A stretch of 64,000 bases of DNA from an uncultured Gammaproteobacteria bacterium (GTDB lineage Bacteria; Patescibacteriota; Microgenomatia; Levybacterales; UBA12049), in NCBI GenBank assembly GCA_964490105.1, contig CAZAZU010000001.1, positions 710,245-774,244 on the forward strand, given 5' to 3'. Below the pieces are notes generated by a model. The model worked only from the letters and a program-made list of their open reading frames with translations. It did not search any database and had not been told where the DNA came from. The first letter of the stretch is position 1, and every line of letters begins with the position of its first letter. Shown piece after piece: positions 22,010 through 31,486 of this stretch. The translations under genes were made by a program, and so were the position numbers.

Positions 22010-23100
22010 GGAATTTGTGAAACGATGCACTCTTCTTGAGTTAATCTACATCTTATAAATTCGTGAATTTCTGAATAATCTCTTTCTCCAATTCTAGGTA
22101 CCAAAGTCCATTCAAAATTATATTTTTCACTAATAGGTGGATGCGTTAAAAGTCCGCCCCTATCATTCTCCTGATCTCCATAATCAATCACAACACTCTG
22201 TATTTTTGCATTTTGGAATTTTTGCGCAAGCTTTACAAAATCATCTAATTCAGTGTCTTTAATATCAGTGTCAACACTTTGCCCCACAGCATTATATAGA
22301 CCAACAATTTTTGTAGGATTAAATATTATCTCAAGGGAAAATATTTTATCCATAAATGCTTTAATAACTTTTTCCTGTCTTTGGGACCTAGCAAAATCAG
22401 TTCCTTCCTCTCCTTTTGCATGTCGCGACCTAACAAATTTAAGAGCAGTTTCTCCATCCATATGATTAATTCCTTTATCAAAATGCAAATGCTCGTAGCG
22501 ACATGGGAAAACTTCTAACTGAGAAGAAACGGTTGCTAACTTATCAAGATCTTCCTCCTTATTATCACACGGATCATCTTCTCTTCCTGTAATAGGGTAT
22601 TCATAATCGTCAAATGTTCTTTCGACTTCAATATCAAGCCCCCCTACTAAATCCACTGCTTTTACAAATCCTGAAAAATCAATTACAACTCCATAGTCTA
22701 TATTTTGTCCCGTAATTTTACTTGCAACAGATTTTGCTAGAACTAATCCTCCACCTTCTTTCCTAAGCTCTCCTTTAGCATAAGCTGTATTTATTTTCCC
22801 ATCAACATCAAACGACCAAACATCCCTTGGCAAAGAAACTAAGGTTACTTTAGATTCCTTTATGTTCAGACTTGCAAAAATAAGAGTATCTGAAAGGTTC
22901 GGCCCTTCATGTTTTCCGCCTCCTATTCCAAGAAGTAAAATATTTATCGTGTGCTGATCAGTTTTCTTAAGATCTATATTTTTATTAAAAATAATTTGAA
23001 AAATAAGAGGAGATAAATTTCCGCCTTTTATAATAACCTCCATACCGAGCACCACTACAAAGAATAGAAAAATGAAAAGTTTTTTAAACAGCATTTCCAA
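22006..23100 (-). CDS. LytR-CpsA-Psr (LCP) family phosphotransferase
   Basis: Motifs INILLLG, LSDTLI, LVSLPRD, KINTAY, ALKFVRSRH, DFARSQRQ. Confidence 0.92.
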   Translation of the reverse strand: MEMLFKKLFIFLFFVVVLGMEVIIKGGNLSPLIFQIIFNKNIDLKKTDQHTINILLLGIGGGKHEGPNLSDTLIFASLNIKESKVTLVSLPRDVWSFDVDGKINTAYAKGELRKEGGGLVLAKSVASKITGQNIDYGVVIDFSGFVKAVDLVGGLDIEVERTFDDYEYPITGREDDPCDNKEEDLDKLATVSSQLEVFPCRYEHLHFDKGINHMDGETALKFVRSRHAKGEEGTDFARSQRQEKVIKAFMDKIFSLEIIFNPTKIVGLYNAVGQSVDTDIKDTELDDFVKLAQKFQNAKIQSVVIDYGDQENDRGGLLTHPPISEKYNFEWTLVPRIGERDYSEIHEFIRCRLTQEECIVSQIP

Positions 23101-23746
23101 TGATATTAATAAAAGATTTTGGATCTAAACTCTCTCCACCAACTAAAACTCCGTCGACCAAAGAAAGACCCAGGAAAGTTTTAATATTTTCAGAATTAAC
23201 ACTTCCTCCGTAAATTACATCTTTAAATCCCATGTCTTTAATTTTTTTTGACATTTCCTCTACTTCTTTAGGACTAGACGCATTTCCGGTTCCAATTGCC
23301 CCAATCGGTTCATATGCTATCACTAGCCCCTCAGGCTTAAGCTCTAAAAGCTCATCTAAGCTTGAGATGCAGACAATTATCTTTAGTTTTTGAGAAAGTG
23401 CCTGGTCTACTTTTTTAGATATCATATTAGCGTCTTCTTTAAGATTAATTCTTCTTTCTGAATGACCAATCAGAACATACTCTGAAAACTCCTTAATCTG
23501 CTCTGCTGAAACTTCACCTGTATATGCCCCTTTGCCATACGGAGACACATCCTGAGCGCCAATTGAGAAAGGCAAACTATTAACCCTTACATAACCATTC
23601 ATAACATCAAGTAAGGTAAACGGAGGAAAAACAACGACTTTAATTCCTTCCGGAACTTCTACGCTCGAGGCGTCAACTAACCAATCTTTAGCCTCAATTT
23701 TGGTCTTATTTGACTTCCAGTTAAAGGCTAAGAGTTTATTTTTCAT
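23084..23746 (-). CDS. tpiA: Triosephosphate isomerase (short form)
   Basis: Motifs FNWK, GAYTGEVS, IGHSERR, IAYEP, YGGSV. Start moved to MKNKL. Confidence 0.95.
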   Translation of the reverse strand: MKNKLLAFNWKSNKTKIEAKDWLVDASSVEVPEGIKVVVFPPFTLLDVMNGYVRVNSLPFSIGAQDVSPYGKGAYTGEVSAEQIKEFSEYVLIGHSERRINLKEDANMISKKVDQALSQKLKIIVCISSLDELLELKPEGLVIAYEPIGAIGTGNASSPKEVEEMSKKIKDMGFKDVIYGGSVNSENIKTFLGLSLVDGVLVGGESLDPKSFINIIGNAV

Positions 23747-23778
23747 GTGATACAATGGGCCAAGACTCATTATAAAGT

Positions 23779-25593
23779 ATGGACAATCTGATTCTCAAGG
23801 ATCTAAATGAAGAGCAAAAAAAAGCTGTTCTAAATAGCGATGGACCAATGATAATTCTTGCCGGAGCAGGAAGCGGAAAGACTCGAGTACTTACTTATAA
23901 AGTTATCTATTTAATTCAGGAAAAAAAAATTAACCCCCAAAATATCCTGATGGTAACTTTCACAAATAAAGCGGCAACTGAGATGAAAGAAAGAATCCAG
24001 AAATTATCTGACAACCCTGATAAACCTTTAATCGGGACATTTCATTCTCTTTGCGCAAGAATATTAAGAATTGAAGGAAAATATATCGGGTTTTCTGAAA
24101 AGTTTACGATTTATGATTCATCAGATAGCGTGGACGCAATTAAAGAAGCCATGAAACGCGCAAACATTTCAACGAAAGATTTTAAGCCATATTCAGTTCA
24201 GTCCACAATTTCTCAAGCAAAAAATCAATTGATCAATCAGCTCGAATATTTAAACTTAGCTAGAGGATATTTCCAGGAGAATGTCGCAAAAATTTATCCC
24301 TTCTATCAAATAATCCTTAAGGAAAATAATGCTTTGGATTTTGATGATTTGATTCTAAAAACTATTGAACTTTTTAACAAAAATCCGGAGGTTCTAAAAA
24401 AATATCAAGATAAATTTCAATATATTTTAGTTGATGAGTATCAAGACACTAATCAAGCGCAATACATGCTAACTAAAATGCTTTCAAAAAAATGGAAAAA
24501 TATTTGTGTTGTCGGAGATTTTTCCCAAAGCATCTATAGCTTTAGAGGAGCAAATTTTCAAAACTTAATTACATTTAATAAAGACTTTGCAAACGTAAAA
24601 ACATTTCATCTTTCTCAAAATTATAGATCGACTCAGACAATTTTAGACAGCGCATATGGGGTCATTTCAAAAAACACCTCTCATCCGGTTTTAAAACTAT
24701 GGACAGAAAATAAAGGTGGAGAAAAAATAATTTTATATGAAGCAAATAATGAACATAACGAAGCAGAATATATAATTTCCCAAATCATTAATTTGGGAAT
24801 TAATCCATCTGAAGTAGCTGTTTTATATAGAACTAACGCTCAATCTCGCGTAGTTGAAGAGGTATTTCTTCATCACGGAGTTCCATATTCTTTAGTTGGC
24901 GGAACAAGATTTTATGAAAGAAAAGAGGTTAAAGATATTTTGGCATACTTAAGAGTAATTGATAATGAAAAAGACAACGTTTCATTTAGAAGAATTGAAA
25001 AAATTGGAAAAACGAGACTTAAAAAATTCATGGAGTTCACGGAAAACTTAGATAAAGAAAACATGCAAACAATTGAAATCATGGATAAGGTAATTGAAGC
25101 CGTAGATTATCTTTCTCTTTACGATCCTAAAGATGAACAAGATATGGGACGGCTTGAAAACATAAAGGAACTTAGATCAGTGGCAATTGAATTTCCGGAT
25201 CTTTCAACATTTCTTGAAAACGTTTCACTTGTTGAACAAGAACAGCTTTCAGAACTCGCAAAAAAAGATAAAAAAAATGCTGTAACCCTTATGACTCTTC
25301 ACTCTGCTAAAGGCTTGGAATTCCCTCATGTATTTATGATTGGCATGGAAGAGGGAATTTTTCCGCACTCCCGCTCTCTTATGGAAAAAGATGAGCTTGA
25401 GGAAGAAAGAAGACTTTGCTATGTAGGAATAACTAGGGCTAAGGAAAGACTTTTTATGACTTATTCAAAAAATCGTCTTATTTATGGACAGCGATCGTCA
25501 AACACTTTATCTCGCTTTATTTTAGACATCCCAAAAGATACAATTATCATGAACGCTTCTTTTGAAAGTGAGGAAGCTCCTGAATATCTATGA
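23779..25593 (+). CDS. pcrA: ATP-dependent DNA helicase PcrA/UvrD
   Basis: Motifs AGAGSGKT, TFTNKAA, VDEYQDTN, NYRS, HSAKGLEF, EEERRLCYVGITRA. Confidence 0.95.
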   Translation: MDNLILKDLNEEQKKAVLNSDGPMIILAGAGSGKTRVLTYKVIYLIQEKKINPQNILMVTFTNKAATEMKERIQKLSDNPDKPLIGTFHSLCARILRIEGKYIGFSEKFTIYDSSDSVDAIKEAMKRANISTKDFKPYSVQSTISQAKNQLINQLEYLNLARGYFQENVAKIYPFYQIILKENNALDFDDLILKTIELFNKNPEVLKKYQDKFQYILVDEYQDTNQAQYMLTKMLSKKWKNICVVGDFSQSIYSFRGANFQNLITFNKDFANVKTFHLSQNYRSTQTILDSAYGVISKNTSHPVLKLWTENKGGEKIILYEANNEHNEAEYIISQIINLGINPSEVAVLYRTNAQSRVVEEVFLHHGVPYSLVGGTRFYERKEVKDILAYLRVIDNEKDNVSFRRIEKIGKTRLKKFMEFTENLDKENMQTIEIMDKVIEAVDYLSLYDPKDEQDMGRLENIKELRSVAIEFPDLSTFLENVSLVEQEQLSELAKKDKKNAVTLMTLHSAKGLEFPHVFMIGMEEGIFPHSRSLMEKDELEEERRLCYVGITRAKERLFMTYSKNRLIYGQRSSNTLSRFILDIPKDTIIMNASFESEEAPEYL

Positions 25594-26618
25594 CCTTCTC
25601 AGACATCGGAGAAAATCTAGCAGATTCATTTAATCAAGGCGCACATCATCCGCTTCAATCTTTTGAGTGGGGAGAGTTTAGAAAAAAAACAGGTGTTGGA
25701 ATTATAAGACGAGGCGTTGTAAATGGAGATAAAGTAAGTAATCCATATCAAATCTCAGTGCATAAAACTCCAAATTTTCCATATCTCATTGGTTATTTCC
25801 CAAAAGGAAAACTTCCGTCTGAAGAAGAAATTTTAGAACTTCAAAAGACAGGAATTGAAAATAATTTAAGCTTTATTCAACTAGAACCAAATGTCACAGC
25901 CGAGCAAAAAACAGGAGTCAGTAAAAATCTAAGATCGTCTTTTCATCCTCTTTTTACAAAGTATACCTTCATTCTGGATCTTACTCTCCCAGAAGAAGAG
26001 TTGCTTAAAAAAATGCATCAGAAAACTAGATACAACATTAGACTCTCTCAGAGACACGAAGTAAATGTAAAAATTAATAACAGCGAAAAAGCTTTTAAAG
26101 AATATTTAAAATTAACAAATGAAACAACGAAAAGACAAAAGTTTTATGCACACGATGAAAAATATCATAAATTAATGTGGGAAACTTTAGGAAACAAAAA
26201 AAACGAGGAGTTTAAACCGAATAGACTTCAAGCACATCTTCTTACAGCAGAATATAAAAATAAAACACTCGTCACGTATATTTTATTTACTTTTAAAGAT
26301 ACACTTTATTATCCATATGGCGCATCCAGTGATGAGCATCGAGAAGTAATGGCGTCCCCTCTAACAATGTGGGAAGCGATAAAATTTGGAAAAAGTCTAG
26401 GCTTATCTAAATTTGATATGTGGGGAGCCGCAAATGTACCTGACCCAAAACCCGATAATCCATATTATGGCTTTCATAGATTTAAAGAAGGTTTTGGAGC
26501 AAATCTTACTGAATTTGTAGGAAGTTATGATTTAGTAATTAATCCTTTAAATTACAGACTATTAACTGTAGCAGATAAAATAAGATGGGCCTATCTAAAA
26601 GGAAAAAAGCTCAAATAA
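25590..26618 (+). CDS. FemABX-family peptidoglycan interpeptide-bridge aminoacyltransferase
   Basis: Motifs HPLQSFEWGEFR, KTRYNIR, YPYGAS, FDMWG, GFHRFKEGFG. Confidence 0.9.
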   Translation: MTFSDIGENLADSFNQGAHHPLQSFEWGEFRKKTGVGIIRRGVVNGDKVSNPYQISVHKTPNFPYLIGYFPKGKLPSEEEILELQKTGIENNLSFIQLEPNVTAEQKTGVSKNLRSSFHPLFTKYTFILDLTLPEEELLKKMHQKTRYNIRLSQRHEVNVKINNSEKAFKEYLKLTNETTKRQKFYAHDEKYHKLMWETLGNKKNEEFKPNRLQAHLLTAEYKNKTLVTYILFTFKDTLYYPYGASSDEHREVMASPLTMWEAIKFGKSLGLSKFDMWGAANVPDPKPDNPYYGFHRFKEGFGANLTEFVGSYDLVINPLNYRLLTVADKIRWAYLKGKKLK

Positions 26619-27126
26619 TATAAAGCCGCAATTCGTTCTCCTTATCAATTTTCTTTAGAGGCAATTTCATTTCATATTTATAACTTACAATTCTAGTTCC
26701 TTTTTTTAATTCTTTTCTAAATTTTGGAATTAATCTATTTAAAGTTTGCGGAACCAAATATACATATAAAACTGTAGCATTATTTAAATCCTCTTTGTAA
26801 AAATTTCCTCTAACAAGTTTTATGTTTTTATTTTGACCGATTCTCCAAACGGTAAATTTAGAAATTAAAAACCTAAACGGTTCTATCTCAATTCCAACAC
26901 CCTTTGCTCCAAAATCTTTAGCTGCGACAACTAAAGCAGTTGCGCCCCCAGAACCCAATTCATATACAACATCTTTTTTGGAAAGATTCGCTAACTTAAA
27001 TGCAGCTCTTGCTGTTTTTTTATGAGTTCTCCACCTAGGTGACCATGGTGAATCAGGAGGCCAAATCCATGATAATAGAATTAAAGATAGAAGTATTAGT
27101 ATTAAAAAGATTAAATTAATAATCAC
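26611..27126 (-). CDS. Membrane-anchored class I SAM-dependent methyltransferase
   Basis: N-terminal TM; motif I VYELGSG; GVGIEI; VLYVYL; ELKKGTRIVS. Confidence 0.8.
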   Translation of the reverse strand: MIINLIFLILILLSLILLSWIWPPDSPWSPRWRTHKKTARAAFKLANLSKKDVVYELGSGGATALVVAAKDFGAKGVGIEIEPFRFLISKFTVWRIGQNKNIKLVRGNFYKEDLNNATVLYVYLVPQTLNRLIPKFRKELKKGTRIVSYKYEMKLPLKKIDKENELRLYII

Positions 27127-27411
27127 TTAGATTTTAAGAATTACCTTGGCTTTTATTTGATTCCTTTTAACAGATCCGAACCGACGACTATCAAAACTGT
27201 CTTTTTTATTGTCTCCTACCAAGAAGTATTTTCCCTTTTCTATCTTAGCAATTCTCTTAATATAAAATCTGTTGAATTTTTCAAAAACCACTACATCTCT
27301 TTTTTTTGGACGAGCAAAAATTAAAGGCAGGGAACTTACCAAAACATTATCTCCTTCTGAATAAGTTGGGGCCATCGAGTGGCCAGATATTTTAAAACGA
27401 GAAAGAAGCAT
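27127..27411 (-). CDS. sodX: Nickel-SOD maturation protease (peptidase S26, SodX-like)
   Basis: GHSMAPT (catalytic Ser), IKRI (catalytic Lys), GDN..DSFDSRRFG; TAATG-coupled to sodN. Confidence 0.85.
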   Translation of the reverse strand: MLLSRFKISGHSMAPTYSEGDNVLVSSLPLIFARPKKRDVVVFEKFNRFYIKRIAKIEKGKYFLVGDNKKDSFDSRRFGSVKRNQIKAKVILKI

Positions 27412-27887
27412 TAACTTTGTACCACAATTTCTAGGCCGGTAGGGAATGGGGCTTTTACCCTATGGGATTCAAGTCCTTTTGATTTATAAAATATTTCAGC
27501 GATCAACATTACTTTTTCCAAAAGCTCTTTTGCGCTTTCCATATCTATTCCGGTTCTTGCTTTTGCTCCTAACTTTTTAGCATCTTCAAACAACGCTTCT
27601 AGTTCTGGAAATTTTGAGAAATTATTTTTAAAATAATCATCCTCAAGAGTTGAAAGCTCGTGCTCTAAAATATTTGAATGTTCTTCCTTTACATGAGTTA
27701 CCCGACTAACATCATGCTCTGCTTTTAACTCATCATCGCGCTTAATCAAACTTAAAAGCTCGGTCATTCTTATAATAGTATGTGCGGCGACTTGAGCTTG
27801 ATGCGGATCATAAATCCCGCAAGGAATATCACAATGCGCATAAGCGGTTCTGGAAGGCAAAATATTTAATAAAAAACTAAGCTTCAT
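27411..27887 (-). CDS. sodN: Nickel superoxide dismutase precursor
   Basis: Leader followed by the Ni-hook AH-CDIPCGIYDP; also VKEEH and DDYFK. Confidence 0.93.
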   Translation of the reverse strand: MKLSFLLNILPSRTAYAHCDIPCGIYDPHQAQVAAHTIIRMTELLSLIKRDDELKAEHDVSRVTHVKEEHSNILEHELSTLEDDYFKNNFSKFPELEALFEDAKKLGAKARTGIDMESAKELLEKVMLIAEIFYKSKGLESHRVKAPFPTGLEIVVQS

Positions 27888-27928
27888 GTGGAATGATAAT
27901 AGAAAACTCACTAAAAAATGTCAAGGAA

Positions 27929-28477
27929 TTAGGCAGCTCTCTGTTCGTCAAAACCTTCCGCAACAAAAACATCCTGAGGTGGCCTAGTTTCATCTCTAGC
28001 ATCTTGTGCTTCAAGTGTTCGATTGCGTTCATCAGCAAGCTTTCGATCACGAGCGGCAATTTCCATAGCCCAAATTTCTTCTTGCCTTTGCTTTCCAAGA
28101 ACTATTTCTTCCTCTTCTATAGCAATTCTTCTTGCAACTACGGGATCTTGGGTCAATTCTAATCTATATTGCCTTACCAGTAGAGCAAACTCTTGTGGAT
28201 TTGCAAATACCCTACGTGGATCCAGAACTTGAGTATCCCAAGTGGCATATGGATTAGTAGATTCAGCTACACTTGCACTCATAGGAATATCATTTCCTAT
28301 CTCATTACTATATGGATCGCGCCTTAATTTCAACCCGGTAACCGTTGGATCTCCAAGTGGACCAAGCGCAAATTGCCGTGCAATATTATGCTTTATCCTG
28401 TCTTCACGAGTCAGATTCTCTCTTTCTGGAGAAAGAGCAGTGTGCTCAACTTGGGGAGCCGAGTCAGGACTTGACAT
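27929..28477 (-). CDS. Hypothetical protein with a C-terminal charged helix
   Basis: 182-aa ORF filling the gap between neighbours; no motif recognised. Confidence 0.65.
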   Translation of the reverse strand: MSSPDSAPQVEHTALSPERENLTREDRIKHNIARQFALGPLGDPTVTGLKLRRDPYSNEIGNDIPMSASVAESTNPYATWDTQVLDPRRVFANPQEFALLVRQYRLELTQDPVVARRIAIEEEEIVLGKQRQEEIWAMEIAARDRKLADERNRTLEAQDARDETRPPQDVFVAEGFDEQRAA

Positions 28478-28571
28478 AAAACAATATTCGCTCGTTTAGC
28501 CCGAATTGTCAATATATAGTTTAATTTCTTATTGATTAATAGTTAATTTTTGTGTAAATATTATTAGTTAG

Positions 28572-29183
28572 ATGGCAAATCCAGCCGAACTAGCCAGATT
28601 TAAAAATTTAACTCCCGATCGAGCTCATGCGCTTTCTCCCTTAAGAATCCCCCCAGAGATAAAAAGATTTCCCAGAGGAATTGACTTAGTTAACGGGATT
28701 AATGTCCAACATGATAATAACAATGGAGTAATTTACGAAGAGCAATGCTTCGAAGACTATACGATGCGACTCCCAAATAACCAGGTTGCAATAGGACCGC
28801 ATTTACTCGATAGGGCTATTGCACTTGGAGGAACACCATTAATACAATTTGCAAGACCTGATGCTTTAAAATTCCAATTTACACATGGAAACTTAGAGCT
28901 GGTAGAAATGGCAGAATTTAAAAGTAGGAAAAAAAATGGTATCACTGCATTAAAAGAAAAAATTTCCGCTTTTCCTGATTTGCTTGATTATTTAAGACTC
29001 AGACCTAGACTATTAGCTCGACTACTTAATGATGCTGCAGATAACGAGATTGATATTGGTAAAATTATAATTCCTCCTAATGTTGACATAAAAGTCCTGG
29101 TAATTAGCGCTCACTTATATCCGATAACGCCATCCGTCCTTCCATTTGAAACTAGATTTGAATATGCTCGATTAAAAACCTAA
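28572..29183 (+). CDS. Hypothetical protein with a possible PD-(D/E)xK nuclease motif
   Basis: GVIYEE ... RPDAL ... AEFKS in the expected order. Confidence 0.55.
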   Translation: MANPAELARFKNLTPDRAHALSPLRIPPEIKRFPRGIDLVNGINVQHDNNNGVIYEEQCFEDYTMRLPNNQVAIGPHLLDRAIALGGTPLIQFARPDALKFQFTHGNLELVEMAEFKSRKKNGITALKEKISAFPDLLDYLRLRPRLLARLLNDAADNEIDIGKIIIPPNVDIKVLVISAHLYPITPSVLPFETRFEYARLKT

Positions 29184-29228
29184 GCACCCTTTCCCTAGCC
29201 ACGAATTTATGATAAAATCTTTTGACAT

Positions 29229-29300
29229 TCCGTGATAGCTCAATGGTAGAGCAATTCGCTGTTAACGAAAAGGTTCTAGGTTCGAGTCCTAGTCACGGAG
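29229..29300 (+). tRNA. tRNA-Asn (GTT), CCA not encoded
   Basis: Acceptor stem TCCGTGA/TCACGGA; D arm GCTC-AATGGTA-GAGC; anticodon loop CT-GTT-AA; T arm CTAGG-TTCGAGT-CCTAG; discriminator G; TGATAAAAT upstream. Confidence 0.97.
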
Positions 29301-29359
29301 CAGAGTTTTAAATATTATAAACGCGTGATTTTCTTTTAATCTGTGGTAGAATAAATAAA

Positions 29360-29860
29360 ATGAGTAAACTAATTAATTGTCTCTGGTTCGCTAACAATAA
29401 CGGAGAAGAGGCTGCAAATTACTACATAGATACTTTTAATTCAGCTCCAGGTGAACACTCTGCAAAACTTGGAGACATCACAAAAGCTCCAAAAGGAGTA
29501 GAGGAAGTTGGAGGAATATCGGAAGGATCTGTTTTAACTGCTGAATGTGAAATTGATGGAATAAGCTTTATGTTTCTTAATGGTGGACCTGTTGAACAGT
29601 TCAAACTAAATGGCGCCACTTCATATATTATCGAGTGCGAAACACAAGAAGAAATTGATTTCTTTTGGGAAAAGTTATCTGCAGTTCCAGAAGCTGAACA
29701 ATGCGGATGGTGCACAGATAAGTTTGGCGTCACATGGCAAATAACACCAAGGATTTTAGATGAAATGATGCGCGACCCTGAAAAAGCAGAAGCTGTAACA
29801 AAAGTCTTTATGCCAATGAAAAAACTTGACCTCGAAGCGATCCGAAAAGCCGGAGAATAA
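29360..29860 (+). CDS. VOC family protein (PhnB / 3-demethylubiquinone-9 methyltransferase-like)
   Basis: CLWF, EEAANYY, FMFLNGGP, TQEEIDFFWEKL, CGWCTDKFGVTWQI. Confidence 0.9.
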   Translation: MSKLINCLWFANNNGEEAANYYIDTFNSAPGEHSAKLGDITKAPKGVEEVGGISEGSVLTAECEIDGISFMFLNGGPVEQFKLNGATSYIIECETQEEIDFFWEKLSAVPEAEQCGWCTDKFGVTWQITPRILDEMMRDPEKAEAVTKVFMPMKKLDLEAIRKAGE

Positions 29861-29866
29861 AATATC

Positions 29867-30151
29867 CTATAAACCAAACATCTCGGCGAGATCTCCTACC
29901 CCTAAGGTTCCCCACATAATTACAAATCCTAAAACCATTCTTAATTTAGTGGGTATCGTAAATCCAAACTTTTTCTTTAAAAGCGTATTGACTTGAGGAA
30001 AATAAATTAATGAAATAATTAGATAAAGGATTCCCGGAACAGGATGTACTAAAAACACATTGAGGATTCCAATTATGATAAATAATATTCCAAATATGTA
30101 ACTTATTATTTTAAGTATTTCTACGTTTGAGCTAGCGCTAGCATTTTTCAT
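29867..30151 (-). CDS. Small membrane protein
   Basis: Three hydrophobic helices; last gene of the DUF2975/HTH operon. Confidence 0.7.
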   Translation of the reverse strand: MKNASASSNVEILKIISYIFGILFIIIGILNVFLVHPVPGILYLIISLIYFPQVNTLLKKKFGFTIPTKLRMVLGFVIMWGTLGVGDLAEMFGL

Positions 30152-30157
30152 ATTTTT

Positions 30158-30280
30158 CTAACTTCCTGCCAATGGCCAAGTGTCGACAATTCCAACTGCT
30201 AAGTGCACATAACCTAATAATAGAGCCAGAATTATCAGAGCTGCAACTATAATAATAGGTTTTTTGTTTTTTATTTTCAT
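30158..30280 (-). CDS. 40-aa membrane peptide (not in the ORF track)
   Basis: MKIKNKKPIIIVAALIILALLLGYVHLAVGIVDTWPLAGS, preceded by the strong SD AAGGAGGTGA. Confidence 0.75.
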   Translation of the reverse strand: MKIKNKKPIIIVAALIILALLLGYVHLAVGIVDTWPLAGS

Positions 30281-30307
30281 TTACTCACCTCCTTTAACTC
30301 AATGAAT

Positions 30308-30520
30308 TTATTCTTTGTCGTTTTTATATTCCAGAATATCTCCGGGCTGACAATCAAGAGCTTTACAGATTGCTTCAAGTGTAGAAAAACGAATAGCTCT
30401 CGCCTTTCCATTTTTTAGAATTGAAAGATTAGCCATGGTAATACCCACTTTTTCCGAAAGCTCTGTAACGCTCATCTTGCGACGAGCTAACATAACATCA
30501 ATATTAATAACTATTCCCAT
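30308..30520 (-). CDS. XRE/Cro helix-turn-helix regulator (YozG-like)
   Basis: NIDVMLARRKMSVTELSEKVGITMANLSILKNGKARAIRFSTLEAICKALDCQPGDILEY. Confidence 0.95.
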   Translation of the reverse strand: MGIVINIDVMLARRKMSVTELSEKVGITMANLSILKNGKARAIRFSTLEAICKALDCQPGDILEYKNDKE

Positions 30521-30531
30521 ATCCTGCCTTT

Positions 30532-31008
30532 CTAAACTGTAAGATCGTTCTCTGACTTTAAATCCACTGCGTTTTGGAAAAGTTTTTGAAAAAGAGTAGC
30601 AGCTGTTCCAATAACACTAACTGCAAATAGTGCAATAATTCCAAGCATTGTTGGACCAGCTGGATCATCACCACTTGCTGCGAGGCGAATAAAAATTATT
30701 GCTATTAAAATGAAACCAATAAGACTTAGAGATGCGAACTTCATATTTCTAAGTGTATTAACTGCCGCTTGGGAAAAAGCTTTATCGGCGTCAATTAAAT
30801 TTAATAATTTGAAAGCTTGATATAACCCGATAAAAAATGGGGTAGAGGCTATATACGTATAGATAATTAGAGGATCTTTATAAATATTTATTAAATCTAG
30901 CCCTTCAGCTCTTCCCTCGAGTTGAGGAAACCAAATCATACCGATAAGAGCACCCGCTGCGAGAAGACAAATAACAAATCTAAGGAACAAAGTGGAACTT
31001 CTTTTCAT
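30532..31008 (-). CDS. DUF2975 family membrane protein
   Basis: PFFIGLYQAFKLL; C-terminal AVDLKSENDLTV; the usual partner of YozG-like HTH genes. Confidence 0.9.
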   Translation of the reverse strand: MKRSSTLFLRFVICLLAAGALIGMIWFPQLEGRAEGLDLINIYKDPLIIYTYIASTPFFIGLYQAFKLLNLIDADKAFSQAAVNTLRNMKFASLSLIGFILIAIIFIRLAASGDDPAGPTMLGIIALFAVSVIGTAATLFQKLFQNAVDLKSENDLTV

Positions 31009-31015
31009 ATATCTA

Positions 31016-31065
31016 ATTCTAACCTGCTATTTATCGTTTGTCAATATATTATTATCGTTATTCAA
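31016..31065 (-). promoter_or_regulatory. Promoter of the DUF2975-HTH operon with two repeated operator-like boxes
   Basis: Minus strand TTGACA-17 nt-TAGAAT-7 nt-ATG. Plus-strand repeats TTATCGTTtgTCAA (31031) and TTATCGTTatTCAA (31052) are 21 bp apart; the first overlaps the -35. Confidence 0.65.
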
Positions 31066-31066
31066 G

Positions 31067-31306
31067 CTATTTTAAGTATCTTAAAACCATGAAGCCTGAG
31101 AGACCCAGCAAGAATGGATAAATAATAAACAAAAATAATTTAGACACTAGTGTGATTTCTTTAAATGCTTTTACGAATCCATTCTTACTTATACTTTCTG
31201 TAAATGGATACCAGGTGGAAATATCTAATTTTACTGCAAGAAAATTTAGAAAAATTGCAATTAGTAAAATTACCCACCCAGCTAAAAATATTTTTAAAAT
31301 CACCAT
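31067..31306 (-). CDS. Small two-TM hypothetical protein
   Basis: GWVILLIAIFLN...ISTWYPF...LFIIYPFLLG; start placed at the ATG 6 nt after TATAAT. Confidence 0.7.
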   Translation of the reverse strand: MVILKIFLAGWVILLIAIFLNFLAVKLDISTWYPFTESISKNGFVKAFKEITLVSKLFLFIIYPFLLGLSGFMVLRYLK

Positions 31307-31404
31307 AATATGATTATACATCACCCTTAAATACAAAATCTTTTATCAATTTCTTACATTTTTACTATTTTTCTCACATAAAAAATCTCTAGCATATTAA
31401 GTAT

Positions 31405-31485
31405 ATGAAGTATTTACTTGGATGGATTTTAGGAATTCCCGTTGGAATATTAGTTCTTATTTGGATAGTTTCGCAAATATTTTAA
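31405..31485 (+). CDS. 26-aa membrane peptide (not in the ORF track)
   Basis: MKYLLGWILGIPVGILVLIWIVSQIF; stop lies 1 nt before the YggT ATG. Confidence 0.65.
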   Translation: MKYLLGWILGIPVGILVLIWIVSQIF

Positions 31486-31486
31486 T

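Noticed and set aside
29229-29300. tRNA-Asn as the attachment site of a prophage or integrative element
   Set aside because: No integrase, phage gene or duplicated tRNA 3' end was noticed in the window.
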